The position numbers were made by a program, and so were the translations under genes. A DNA stretch of 64,000 nucleotides from positions 411,770 through 475,769 of the forward strand of contig BDGG01000019.1 of the NCBI GenBank assembly GCA_001949185.1, in the 5' to 3' direction. This document shows positions 38,261-50,482 of the stretch, piece after piece. The stretch comes from Ramazzottius varieornatus (Eukaryota; Animalia; Tardigrada). Position 1 is the first letter of the stretch. The number at the start of each line of letters is the position of its first letter. The notes beneath the pieces were generated by a model that saw nothing but the letters and a program-made list of their open reading frames with translations, was not told the origin of the DNA and ran no database searches.

Positions 38261-41200
38261 GGAACCATAAAGGGTCCCACAGCCGAACAGATGGCGCGGA
38301 TCCATTAGAGCGGATTTAGTATGTTCAGGCCTGTAAGACGTAAATCTACAAACTAAACATTCATATTGTAAGGTGAGTTCAAAGGTGAGGTCTTGCCACG
38401 TCGACAAGGTACTTCTCACCTCAATCACCATGTCGTCACGATTCCTATAAGAAACTCATGGCTTTTTACGATATTTGAACCATATCATTTTGCCCTACCC
38501 GAACTGGAAGTAAGGTGAAACTCTTAATTCCTTCATGTTACCCACCTTTGGGGTCAGACTGGAATCACGACTTGGGTTTCCAGCTCTAACGATCAAGCCA
38601 GCCAGGCGTCCAGCTGCAAGAGCCAGGTTCTCCTACACATCGTCGTAACACACCTTCCAACCTAGGTTGTTCGCTGCAGTTAACCCCGTGCACAATGCGG
38701 AAGTGCGAAGGTACTGATTACGTAATGTAAAGCTTAAAAGTTCAATATTACTAGCTAGTGGTTCTGACCACTGGGAAGGCCGAGCAAAGGAGGCAAAAGA
38801 CTAGGCCATACATTTCTACTGCGTTACGTTGCAGTTGCGAGTAAAACATTTCTGTTGCCCGGATCAAGGTACGCATTTGTTTTCAGTACAGAGTTTGCGA
38901 TATGTGAGAGGTCGAACAATCTGATCGTCCATTGATATCTCGACAGACTTGAAAGGGCCTGCTTCGCTCGGCCTGATAATGACCGACAGGTGTCCTTGCT
39001 CTGTATGACACTTTACGTATACGAACAACGATGGACGATCGTCAAATTCAACTAGTCGAAGTTAGGGTTAGGTCCGTGAGCTGACTTCCTTGTGAAATGC
39101 AAAACGCAAACCAGCATGAATACTGATGTACTGTACTTGTCGCTACTTGAAAATGAGGATTGCATTAACCCAGAGGAAAGACTGTTCTATGTACAAACAC
39201 TAGCCATTACAAGATGTACCAGGAGGAAAGGATGAACGCCAAATCCGGATTCTGCAACATCAGTGAGACAGCGTCCACGTCTGACAAGGACTCGAAGAAC
39301 ATTGATATTTGCGACCGTAGAGTACTTTTTTCTTCCAGAGCAAGCTCAATGTTCCTTTCTCAAAACTTAGCAAATTTTTACATGGTTTCTACTTGGAGCT
39401 GAAGTTGCCTTTCTCTTCGTTTTCGCCAAGTATCAGGTAACTGATGCGGTCAAGACCCGGAAACATGCACCAATGACGTACACCGAGGGTAGCCGAGTAT
39501 ACGTACATTCGGTGAGCGGAAGTAAATGGATAAATCTCTCCAAATCCATATTTAAAAGTCCCAGAAGGATTTTCTGGGGAACGGATGGTTAAAAAGGCGG
39601 CCCAAGGCGATGCAGTACTATCTCACTCACAAACCTAGCGCAGTCGTTGACCATTTGTGTTCTTGAAGCTCGGTTCTACAGTAGTATCCCTCCTGGTACA
39701 GGTACCTCCGTCGTGTTCCAATCAAGGATCCTCAGACAGAATGCGCTTGCGAGCACCAAAGACTTCCGGAACGAAGGGTCTTCCGCTCCAACTCTTCCCC
39801 TTTACCGCAAGAGACAAATGTTGCGACGAATGTGTCGATCGACAAGAAGGACTTTGATGTCGGAATGGGCAACGGACCCTCGAGGTCAAGTGCGAACCTC
39901 ACATGTACAGGTACTACAATGGCAGTGCAGGACCGTAGTTTCATTGATGAAAAAATGTAAGCCCAGCGTCTGCACATCCTAAATCAAAAAATCCTTGGTA
40001 CCCGGAAAACTATCCTGATTTAAGTTAAACAAACATCCACGCTGGGGAGTGATACCATAGGTTAGCTAATAAGGTTAGTCCGTCAACGGGACCATGTACC
40101 AGGTGCGACCGTGCGAAAGTATACCTTGTTACACCCGCGACGAAGATTTCCAGAAAATTTTCCTGACTTCGAACCTCGGTATTTTTCATCAGGTTATCCA
40201 CCCACAGTAGCGTGGTACTTTAATCATTCTTCTAGCAGCGAGTACATGCCCTTAACTTACTGTGGGAGCATGGGGGGAAAGAAAGGATAAACTCTCTGCA
40301 GTTTCTTTTTGCAGCCTCTATGTATGAGGGAAATTGTTCTTCCGCGCTGCAGGCGCTCTAATTTTTCGAAATGGTGATAATACTTTGGTGTCAAGTCCTT
40401 TCCTGCTGGTGTGTGAAGGAGAGTTTTCAGTTCCAGCTCCTGCAGTTTTGCGGAAGCGTTATGTTCATTGTGCACCCTAGCGCTAACTTGCAACATTAGT
40501 GCTTCAAGTCGACTGGATAATTGCGTTCAGTGAACGGCAAGTCTTTTCATCATTCTTCCCCGTACCAGAGAGGTCCAGTCTTCGGCTGCCGTTATGCCGG
40601 GCATAAGAATGTGAGATAGCAACCAGACAGTAACTATAATTTTCCTTTGGTACCAATCGTGAGCGGTACCGGTGCCGCTCACGATTCGAAATTTCTGCGG
40701 TACTTCCGCTCTTTCGAAACATTTCGTTATTTTATCCAAGACGTCCTTTGCAGTCCACTTCTTATGGCGGGCAACAATGCAATCTCAAATCGGTTCGTTC
40801 ACAACTCACAACCGAGACGGCGAGGAAAAGCGAAACTCATCGTTATTTGCAAGGTGCGCGAGGTATACGGAGTATCCGATTCCCTTCTGTCTTCCCGTTT
40901 TGTCTAGATGTCCAGCGAGGATTTAGCGAGACACCTTGAAGTCTCGTACGGATTTCACAAGGGATCGGGGAGAATCGGATTCAGCAAACTCTCCCAGCAT
41001 GTTGTTGTACACTTCCAATTTCAGTCTTCAGAGGGTGAAGTCCGAGTAAAAAAACTCCGGAGCGGAAAAGATGTACCCAGTCTCTTATGGTACGCTTGTT
41101 AGCTGCTCTGTTCCCAGAAATCTAGCATATCTTCTTGCCCCTGTGGGATCTATTGGCGCCTCGAAAAAATTCATAGTCTTGAATAACCTAAAATTTTGTT

Positions 41201-42299
41201 ATCCACGATTGAGACAAAATTATTCCTGCTTTACCGCGAAGCTGAAAAACTCAGCACAGTAGAAAGCCAAACGATAGTTAGGAGTTGGTAAAGTGATAGA
41301 AAAAAAACTTCATGGCAAAAGAACGAGGGGGATCCGCGTGTAACTACTATGAATGAGTTGTTGAAGAGTAAGTGTTTCCAGGAGTAACAAGGTATACTTT
41401 CTCACCTATTAATAATAGATATATCGAATACCAGTCCGCCGGAGTTACTCCTGTGGTTCGAGCAAGCACTTTCCTCTAACTTGACTACTTGGTGCAACAG
41501 TATGGTGGTCGGCCAGGATGTGAGGATTGGCTGTTACAGCTGCGCTTGCAAAGCCGATACGATGCTCTTGTAGGAGTTGACGTTGTTCCTGAAGTATCCA
41601 CAGAGTATCCCAAAGGACCATTGCGTTTAGGGACCACCACATCCGCTCAAGTGTTTTTCTTCATTGTTCATAAGAAAAACCTGCCCTCGTCGGAAAGCTC
41701 TCGTTACATCGAGCTCTTTAGCCGGAATCTGACCCACCCCACACACAAAGAACAGTGCGGGACCGAGTTCAGTCTTGCGGTACCCCATGCGCATATGTTC
41801 CTACACGATCAAACCTCGGTCTGACACCTCAAACAGACGTGCGCTCATCTCCGAAGAGGCCGAGAGCTTGGTATTTGAGCTACCGGCCACCAGGAAAGGC
41901 GATCACGGAAAGCTGACCACGAGCTATTAGCCATTTACACGAAATGTTCAAGAAATAGACCGCCAACAATGCTCAAGTCGGCTTATCAAAATTCCCCATG
42001 CCGTTCGCCTTCGTCAGTCAATGTCTTTAATAAACCGCCAGGTAGTTTCCGAAATTTGGACGCCGAGGGTTCCTGGTTCCGAATTGGCGGGCAATATCTG
42101 CAGAAAGAAAACGCACGTATCATTAGCTTCTCGTGCAACAGAACGCAGCCGCGTGCGTACGGCCGACCAATGGTCATTGAATTGGGACAAAGGCTCACTA
42201 AAGATTGATTAAACAATCACAGCTGTTTCATGCGTGTCCCTGATTCTGGTTTGCTCCATTTTCCTCTTGGTCTCATTACATTGATGCTTTATCTCGTAG

Positions 42300-44618
42300 G
42301 TCCCTCTTTGAAGCGCTGGACTTGGAAACAATGGCGGCCAAACTTTATAGGTCTGGATAAGCACCTTCTCCTTCCTCGCGATCGCTTTGAAACAGTAGCG
42401 CACGGGTACCCGGAAACGATTTACAGCAAAGAATAATATTATTTGAAGATCATCGTCAACCTCCAGCGTTCTCGATCGAATGGAAATCACTTCCGCCAGG
42501 CGACAGCCCGTTACGTTGAAGAAGACTTGCCGGAAGAGTACTTCGATAATTTCAAAGATCTCATCACCAAACCACAGCTGATCGATGGCATCGCGGAAGC
42601 TAACATCCTGCATCTCTACACTCCACAGATGCTCTTCGTCTAGGCAAGTAATTTCCATCAACAAAAAGTTTGTTCGGAACGTCAGCAAACGAACAAAACA
42701 TGATCCTCACCCCAAGTGGTGCATCTCATTGTAGTGGAAAGAGTACGCCACTCGGGATGACGGTCATGTTCAAGCCTTTTGCCGATGTCTCAATTTATTT
42801 GTGAAAAACCTCTGCTAATTAACCGACTTGCTTTTTCATGGTTTTAGGAATGTTTGAAGGGTGGGGACATCTTTTGTAAACTGCCCGCCAAGTCCGGCAA
42901 GACGGCTATCTTTATTCTGGCTACTTTGCAGACGTTAGAAATGAACCCATCACGTCGCAGTTACCGAGCTCCTGAAATTGTTGTCATCGCGCCAACTCGC
43001 GAGCTGGCCGGTAAGAGAAATTCACCGACTGGCTCGGTAGTTTTTCAAGCATGAAACGGAGGGCCGAAGCTCAACCGGAAGTTAATTGATATGAAAAGTC
43101 ACAAAGCCGTTCGACCAGTTTTTTCCCCAAGTAGCGCGCGTTTTCATAAGATATGTTGGCAGCTGTGCGCCACTCAGAAGAACGATCTAGTCGAGTTTCG
43201 TTTCCGAAGGGGCGCACGTCGTCGGTGATTTTGGCTTGAAGCCTGCATCACACGAAGACACGATCTGGTAGAGTCTATACTCCGAGCTCCCATATATGAT
43301 TTCTGTCTTTTCCAGAACAAACCACCAAATCTACCAGCTCTTTGGCAAACGAATGCCGGGCCTCAACGTTCGCTTGTTCATCGGTAGACTGAGCACGTAC
43401 CGCGATGACGTTCGAGGAATGCTGATTTCGAAGCAGCATCTTCACGTGGTGGTGGCCACTCCGGGCCGACTGCGTAAGCTGGTCCTCGACGGATCGCTGC
43501 ATATGACGGGCGTCAAGCACTTCCTCTTTGACGAAGCTGACAGGATCCTGGCCGACGAACGAATGAGGGAAGACACGCACGAGGTCTTCGTGAAGACTGA
43601 CCGTCGGAAGCAAACCCTGGTCTTCAGTTCTACCTACTCGGGCATATTCAAGGATGTTTGTAAGCGATATCTCCGACGCGTAAGTCAAAATCTAACCTTC
43701 CAACATGGAATCCCCATGGTGCGCCGGCAATCCAATCGTACCGCATCATTACGTCAAGTGGTGCACTTTACCATTGGTTTTTGCTGAAAGCGTGCGTCAC
43801 TTGACGTAATATTCGTGGAAATTTCGTCTGCCGGACTGTCACATCTTATACTGTAACTCTGCCACTTTAGTGGTGTTTTAATTTTTTTTCAGCCTTTTGT
43901 ATGGAAAGAAACTGTAGCTCGAGATAGTGTATCCCGTCGTGATACTGAAGTTCTTCACCGTTATTTCTATGTTCATGAGCGAGACAAGATGGGGTACCTC
44001 GGGAGGTTCCTGCGGCTCACTGGTGATGCCGAGCCCGAACGACAGATGTGAGCGCTCAACTTCGACAGCCGCCTCTGTTTTACTGTAACAGCGATAGCCT
44101 TTTGACATGAGTTACCTGGGGTTTTTAGTTTGGTATTCGTCGATACGCGAGAACGGTGCGAGCCCCTGCTGGGATACCTGGTGGACCAAAACTTTGATGC
44201 CATTCAGATCCAGGGCGGTTTGATGCAAGCCTGTCGATTCTACTGTTACGCCTTGGCCAAACACAGCAAGAAGAAAGTCCTGGTGACGACTAACCTCTGC
44301 GCACGAGGTATTTCGTGCTTATTTCGTTACGGATCCTGAAGTGAATCAGTGAAGTTTTTCAGTCTCTGCTCTGTAGGTTTGGACATTCCGGAGGTTAGTA
44401 TAATCATCAACTTCGGCTGTCCCAAAGGTCGCTCTGATGGCGGTCAGCTAGACGCCGTCGCCGCTCGTGACACGTATCATCATCGCGGGAACAGATGCGG
44501 GCGTGAAATGAGACGTTGTCTGGTTTTAACATTTGCTAGGGATCACACCGATGTTTGCTTCCTTCGCACGGAGGTCGCGCGAGGCTTGAGTGTCGACATA
44601 CTCGACTTGACCGACTGA
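42300..44618 (+). pseudogene. Divergent DEAD-box RNA helicase (DDX39/UAP56-eIF4A-like), apparently disabled
   Basis: Q-motif region FKDLITKPQL..TPQ, AKSGKTAIFILATLQ, PTRELA, TPGRL, DEAD, SST, LVFVDT, ARG|LD and HRGNRCGR. In-frame TAA at 42434-42436 and TAG at 42641-42643. 5' limit uncertain. Confidence 0.8.
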
Positions 44619-44801
44619 GAACAGAGTCCGGACAACTTTAGTAACTCCCGTTCAAACACTTCTTTTTTAGTCTTGAGTTCCGATCACGCCACAGGTAGTT
44701 TTATCACAGCGATTTCTTGTGAGTGAGCACGGTTTGTAATTTAGTCCTGTAACGACGCATTTTCTTCGGTTGCTCATTCTTTTCCAGTTTTTCGTTGAAG
44801 T

Positions 44802-45381
44802 AGTACACGCGGCTGGCTTTATTATTGGCCCGGACAAGATTTCTGGCCGGACGGGCTGGCGGCAGTTTAACGCAGAGTTTGTTGTGTAGTAGCAGAAACT
44901 AGCCCTGTGACGTCAGCAAGTAAAATTTCGCAGTGCCATTCCAGATTTCGTTTCTTATTTCGTACTTCTTTTCCCATCTTGAGGAAGGTTAGCGTGGAAT
45001 ATGTCGGAAGGTCTTAAGAGCAAGAGACAGCGGAAGTATACGGAGGATAGCCTGAAAACGGCAGTTCGTGCGGTTGCCTTCATAAGGTGGTGGATTGCCT
45101 AAGTAAAGGCCTTTCCGGCCAAAAAAGTCAAGTTTCAACGTTGATTTACCATCAGAGCTGCATTTGCCTAGCAAAATAACCATGCATATAGAAGGAACCA
45201 GATCTACGATGATTGAGAAGATCTTTGCAAACGTTTGGTTGTTCGTGTAGGTAAAGCGGTAATGTGTGGTAAAACCAGTTCAGTTTCGGCCGCAAGAGAA
45301 TACAGATGGTGGAGCCGCTGATCCGGAAATCAGTGGCCAGAAATTTTGTCCAGGCCAATAATTAGGCCAGCCGCGTGTACT
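44802..45381. mobile_element. MITE with ~47-bp TIRs (AGTACACGCGGCTGGC...)
   Basis: 44802-44848 is an imperfect reverse complement of 45333-45381. Same terminus as the 57174 element. Confidence 0.75.
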
Positions 45382-46000
45382 TTACCTTTTGTTTACCCTG
45401 GTTATACTAGAAGACAACCGAGAGCGATGAAAACGGTACTTATTCCTTTTACATCGTTGTACTCTACTCAAATAAGTTTATACTTCGGGGGCGAAGATGC
45501 TCAAGACCGGGTCGGTCTGGGTTTACGCAAAGATACAAAATAAAGCCGTAATAACCAACCCTGAAATCTACAGCGAAGCGTCTCCCTTCTAGAATGGTCG
45601 ATGCGTCACTTTTAGTCTTACGTGTCTATAGAAGAGGAGAGCAAACGCCATTTTGAGTTTCGCTCAAGGAAAAAGAGCAAAATGATAACCATGCATGCAT
45701 ATTACGAAACTGCAGCAGATACGGTAGTCAGATTTTGTCATTTCGAACAAATATCACGAGCTTTGATACTGTATCGATCATGATATCCAATAATTTTTCT
45801 CAGTAAAGAATGTGACAGTCGTTGAAGAGGAACAGAAAAAAGCTTCGGGTGGACGAACCTGTGTTGGACATCGGCAAAAGAAGCCCCACAGATCGTTCTC
45901 TCGAGTGGCGCACGTTCCATTGTTTTTGATCGAGCGCGTGCGCCACTTGGGATAGCGATCAGTGTGGATGCATTTGCAGACGCCCCATCTGGTATACAGT

Positions 46001-46522
46001 TTAACAATTGGCATGTAGATGTTCAATTACGTCGGCTTTGGCTTCTTGGCGAATTTCCCTGTGATTATTGATGGCTCTGATGAGCTGGACCTTATCTTTT
46101 CCGGCGCGGCACAAGGCCACCACGTAGCCACGATAGGGTACCTCGAAAGCAGTGTTGTCTTTCCGTTTCAGGCAATCTGCACTGTCCCAGTTTCCCAGAC
46201 CTTTGCACTCCAGTTGACCGATAAAGCGATACTTGAGCAGGTAACAGAAGCGTCCAGTCAGGCGGTACTGACACTTGTGGCCGAAGACGTCCGTCCAGTC
46301 CGACTTCTTGTTGAAGGCAATACCCAAAAAGTCCTTTCCCAGTTTGACCATCTGCTTAGCGATGCCAATGTACAATGGAATATCGACCACGGCCAGCTTT
46401 CGGTTTCGTTCTATGGTGGATGTGGCCGTCAGAGGCTCTCCTAGAGCAGGCGGCTTGGACCGAACGCCGACCGAGACCGCCACCAGCAACAGCGCAACTT
46501 GAACGGGAAGCCGAACAGCCAT
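46001..46522 (-). CDS. Secreted anti-lipopolysaccharide-factor (ALF)-like protein
   Basis: Signal peptide, an amphipathic helix, then TDVFGHKCQYRLTGRFCYLLKYRFIGQLECKG. This resembles the ALF G-H-x-C...Y-x-G-x-x-x-C LPS-binding loop. Intronless 173-aa ORF. Confidence 0.7.
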   Translation of the reverse strand: MAVRLPVQVALLLVAVSVGVRSKPPALGEPLTATSTIERNRKLAVVDIPLYIGIAKQMVKLGKDFLGIAFNKKSDWTDVFGHKCQYRLTGRFCYLLKYRFIGQLECKGLGNWDSADCLKRKDNTAFEVPYRGYVVALCRAGKDKVQLIRAINNHREIRQEAKADVIEHLHANC

Positions 46523-47394
46523 CTTGACCTACGATACAAACAAGTACTCGTAGTAAGCAAAGACAGATCCGTGTCAAAGGGATGGAATGACGAAGTTACC
46601 GCAACAAGACAGAAAAAATACCGGCAGCCTCGGAGAGTTTCGGTTCTAGACTTTGGGGCAGACAGATACAGCGTTGTATGCTTAAGCTTTGCAGCCAGAT
46701 GTTTAATAAGGCAATTAAGAGTTGTATACGAATTTTGGATGATTTAGACGAGGAACCAAATCGTTTTTATACAATTCCGTAATTGACAGGTCACGGTAAG
46801 CCAAGTCAAACCCTGCCACCATCCCCATCTCCATATCAGGGCGACAAACCCAATAGAACTGTAACGAACGAACTTGACTCATGGGAGTCCTGCGCTGGAC
46901 ATTCAATAGTCGTATTTTGAAATGCAATCAGTTGTGTAACTTCGACGTTATTTAATTTGAGTGAGGTTTGTAATTCGTTCGTAGATAGCGCGGTATTCTG
47001 GTCGAAACACTCGTCACCAACCATGAGCACGGCACACCTAGGCTGCTCCCTGCAACAGTCAGGCTACCGTCGAACCAATCTGGGATGGTTCACTGTCAAA
47101 GTGGACTTTGCCGCGCAACGAAATACCGCGAGAGGCTCATTACAGATTTGGAGGAAGTTTTAGAGAACTCGGACTGTTCGACGCGGCGGAATTTCCCGAC
47201 TTTATTGGCGTCGCGCCTAACAAAATCGCAGGCAAATTGCAGAGCTGAAGCTGGAAGTAGTGTACTCAGGATAGAGTTGAAATTCAGGTCCGCCATTCTC
47301 GCATTAATATATTAAACCGGGTGGATGACAATACATAAACTGCGCATAAATCTATACTGAGCATTTGCATTATATGAGCAGAGGGGAATACAGT

Positions 47395-48080
47395 TTACGC
47401 AGCGCCCATCTTGGCGTGTTCTTTCAACGGGTAATGTTCAGGGTTGGAGCGGACAAAATCCATCATTTCCTTCCGTTGCTTCTGTAGGTGCCACGGAAGC
47501 TCGTCATAGACATCATTGAAAAGCTCCTCCGGCGAAGGTTTCTTCTTGTGCTCGGCACGCTGGAATGCCTGCATGACTTGCTTCTTAGCTTGGTCTTTCC
47601 ACTGCGTCTCCTTCTCGTCGTTCCAGTAACCCTTCTGCGTGATGTATCGGCGGAAGCGAGCGATGGGATTATCCTCCTTGTCCCAGTATTTCACCTACGC
47701 AAGTCAAGCCCAAAATGCCATATTTATCATTAAGATTGCTCCAGATTTCGGACCTCGGCAAACAGACCCGACCAGATCGTTTTCCTAAGTGGCGCACCCT
47801 TCCAGACGATATCACTGAGCACATGCGCCACAGTCTTGTCGACGTTTTGTGTTGTTTTCCTAAGTAGCGCACGTTCTCGGTGGTAATGGCCGGTAAGGTG
47901 CACCACTTGGGACAAACGATCTGGTCGTGTTGGTTGGCGAAGCTTCCCATTATATTTTGGGAGAACTTCGAAAAGTTTACTAAGCGTTAGTTTTTGCTGA
48001 ATGAGCAGTCGGTGCATACTTCGTCGACAGAGCGGTAAGCCGAACTATCGTCGGAAGTCGAGTGATGTTCAATGCGGTAT
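47395..48080 (-). pseudogene. BCKDHA: 3' fragment (last two exons) of branched-chain 2-oxoacid dehydrogenase E1 alpha
   Basis: YRIEHHSTSDDSSAYRSVDE|VKYWDKEDNPIARFRRY...FNDVYDELPWHLQKQ...EHYPL. Similarity stops mid-exon at ~48080 and no upstream BCKDHA exons were seen in the window. Confidence 0.8.
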
Positions 48081-49927
48081 GGTGGTTCCTCCGGCATCAA
48101 AGATCTCATAATCCTCCGATCGTACTTACCTGTAGTGCGATGCTTTCAAAGCGAGCCGTTACAGAGCTTTCCTCACTGGTCAAAAAAATTTTCTGGCCGT
48201 ATCCACCAAAGTAGCTGGTGTAAGTACACCACGAAGCCAGTTTAGTCTTTGTAAGCCTTTATTAAGTGATGAAAAATATGAAATACTTCGAAAATCACGT
48301 ACAGTGGGGCGAGGGGCCAGCGTGAGTCACAGAACTGAACTTTCAGCGCTGGCTTTTCGCCCAAGGAATCCGCTCATCACAGAACAGTCCAGCAAAAAAC
48401 AACCGTTCTCATGTAGCATCATCCACAACCTCGCATTCTATCGCGCTGCATTTCCATTGTGGTAAAGAATGGCCTACCTTCAGTGTGATTTTTGGCGCTC
48501 ACTGAATCTCATTTATGTGATCGACAGTTCGATTGTTTTCCGAGTTTTTTTGTCTCCTGTTTCGATACGCACTGGATTTTAACGAGGTGTCCCTTTCGTG
48601 GACAGTAAGTCACCTAGTCAGAAACGTACTGCGATGTAAGCAAACTGAGCGAAAACATTAATCTGTGCAAAATTGTTTATAGCTAATCTTCCTTACTTCG
48701 AACACAGACCTTCCCAGCTAACCGTGCATAATTCTGAAAGCGAATCCAGTTTGCCCAATAGTCCCATCAGAAACGCCGGCGGAAGTACACAGGTAAAGTT
48801 TTTCTACCTGTCTTTTGACAGTTTCCGTACACGCACGGCGAGATATTACGAACCAGTAAAAATTACGGGCCAGGCCTTTCTCTACGGCGGCACGGGCAGG
48901 TGATTCTTGCTACAAGTAAAAACCAGCATCGAAGGCTGCACTGCTGTACGTACGTGCTGGACATTGGGCTGAGGACCTAAAACATGTCATATCAATATTT
49001 ATTGTGTGGTATCTTCGACATAACGTAGGAAGGTGCTGCGTGAAAGTTTGAAGACTGGAGCTGCTTCGCGTAGTGCCATTCCATTCCCGACAGCAGATAG
49101 AGCATCCTTCGGGGCTTCTTCTGTGTATCGTCGATACCCTTTGGTCTTGAAGGGCTGGGACATTTTCAAAAACGCTCACGGAAAGGATATCGGGACAAGG
49201 AGTCCAGAGCTTCTTCGGGAGAAAGTTGAATGGCTATACACAGTGAAACAGCTGATCAGCTGATGGCCACTGTCCATGACAATTTTCTATGGTTGAATTT
49301 TAAACGTTACGTCATTTGTCCGATTTCTGTTTCTGACTTATCTTTGTCTTTATCTTTGTCTGGAAGACGATTACTAAGATCTATATCCTATGCAAACATA
49401 GACATGGCTGGTCGTCGTTTTCGTCGCTTCTTGTCACTTTTAGGCGTTGCAAACCGCTCGGTCTGTAAAATTTAAACTAGTGTAAATGCAATTACAGTTT
49501 TACAATTACACTATTTTACATTATACTTTACATTACACGGACCATTTGCGTGTAATGCTCATCATTACACTGGCCCGTCATATCTCGTCGTGCGTGTACA
49601 CTTTTATCCGCCAGAAATTGCTGAAATAACTGCCGCTTTGATATTAGAAATACCTGCATTTCAGAACACGTACGATCCTGACTCCACTTCCCTTTCGGAG
49701 CTCAGATACACATACCTCGGATACGGTACCTGTATTCTTTGTGTGCCATTGATATCTGTTCCTTCCACTGCCATCTTGAGAATTATGTTTAAACTAGTCT
49801 ACCATCTTCGACACTGTCTGCCACAATTACTGAGTGCAAAATTACCGCTTCGAAATTCCCTGATTTCATATTGGGCAACAAAAAGTTTTCGAATTTCTGT
49901 TGAGTTCCTCCGCATCTTCCGAAACTT

Positions 49928-50031
49928 TTTGTCCAGTGATTTTGTCCAGTACAATTGTCCAGTACAGCTGTCCAGCCGGACATTATCCAATGTCCATGTC
50001 CGCTGTATTGTCCAGCTTTTACAACATGCCC
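49928..50031. repeat. Transposon end with TGTCCA subterminal repeats (second copy 60572-60694)
   Basis: Both copies end CTTTT(A/G)CAACATGCCC and are preceded by clustered TGTCCA motifs. Confidence 0.55.
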
Positions 50032-50179
50032 GTAAGGCTCGGAACACCACGCCTAAACACCCTTGATCAAGCACAAAATTTCATCGGCTTGATGTTCTAT
50101 CTACTGTAATCGAAAACTTCGGCTGGTAACACTACGAATTGACAAATTGACTTATGTAGAAAAATTGGACTAAGCAATT

Positions 50180-50482
50180 AGCATTGATTTCGATTCTCGC
50201 CATGATGCATGATGCCCAAGTATACAACCTCTCGGTGAATTACAAAAAAAAGGTTGGAGAAAAATTCGAATTGCTTTCACGACAGTCTCGGACCGGATAC
50301 GTGTTGGTCAGATCGTGGAGGCAGAGTCCTTTCAGCAGGTGGCGGTTGGCTTAACCGCTGTGATTGATTTTGCCTAGTTCGCCCTTCCATAGTACCCCTG
50401 TGGAACTGTGGAAATTGTCGGGTTCCTCAACGGTCTCTATACAGTCTTCGACGATATCATCGAGCACTTGGACATTTACAGG
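50180..50482 (+). pseudogene. Receptor guanylyl cyclase catalytic-domain relic
   Basis: TVSDRIRVGQIVEAESFQQVAV...STPVEIVGFLNGLYTVFDDIIEHLDIY matches the GC consensus (VxAExFxxVT...STPxxVVxxLNxLYTxFDxIIxxxDVYK). Contains stops and frameshifts. Confidence 0.85.

Larger units (their letters stand above)
3901..47910. repeat. Dispersed short palindromic element family (~30 copies; AAGTGGCGCAC-N25-GTGCGCCACTT)
   Basis: Copies near 3901, 3978, 10382, 12404, 13126, 13208, 14649, 15489, 15572, 16226, 17976, 19354, 19435, 21151, 21235, 26370, 26895, 26972, 27966, 28052, 34475, 36341, 36419, 36481, 42714, 43129, 43207, 43757, 45903, 47787 and 47862. They are often extended by AGATCGTTTT...AAAACGATCT. 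All are intronic or intergenic. Confidence 0.9.

Noticed and set aside
40640-40760. Smr-domain-like RIVSGTGTAH
   Set aside because: No upstream DLHG motif, and the match is too short.
3901-47910. CRISPR-like reading of the repeat-spacer-repeat palindromes
   Set aside because: Arms are inverted, copies are dispersed singly or in pairs in eukaryotic introns, spacers are related to each other, and no cas genes are present.
49033-49263. WDIFKNAHGKD resembling a transposase HGK motif
   Set aside because: Single short motif without the expected following residues or other catalytic motifs.
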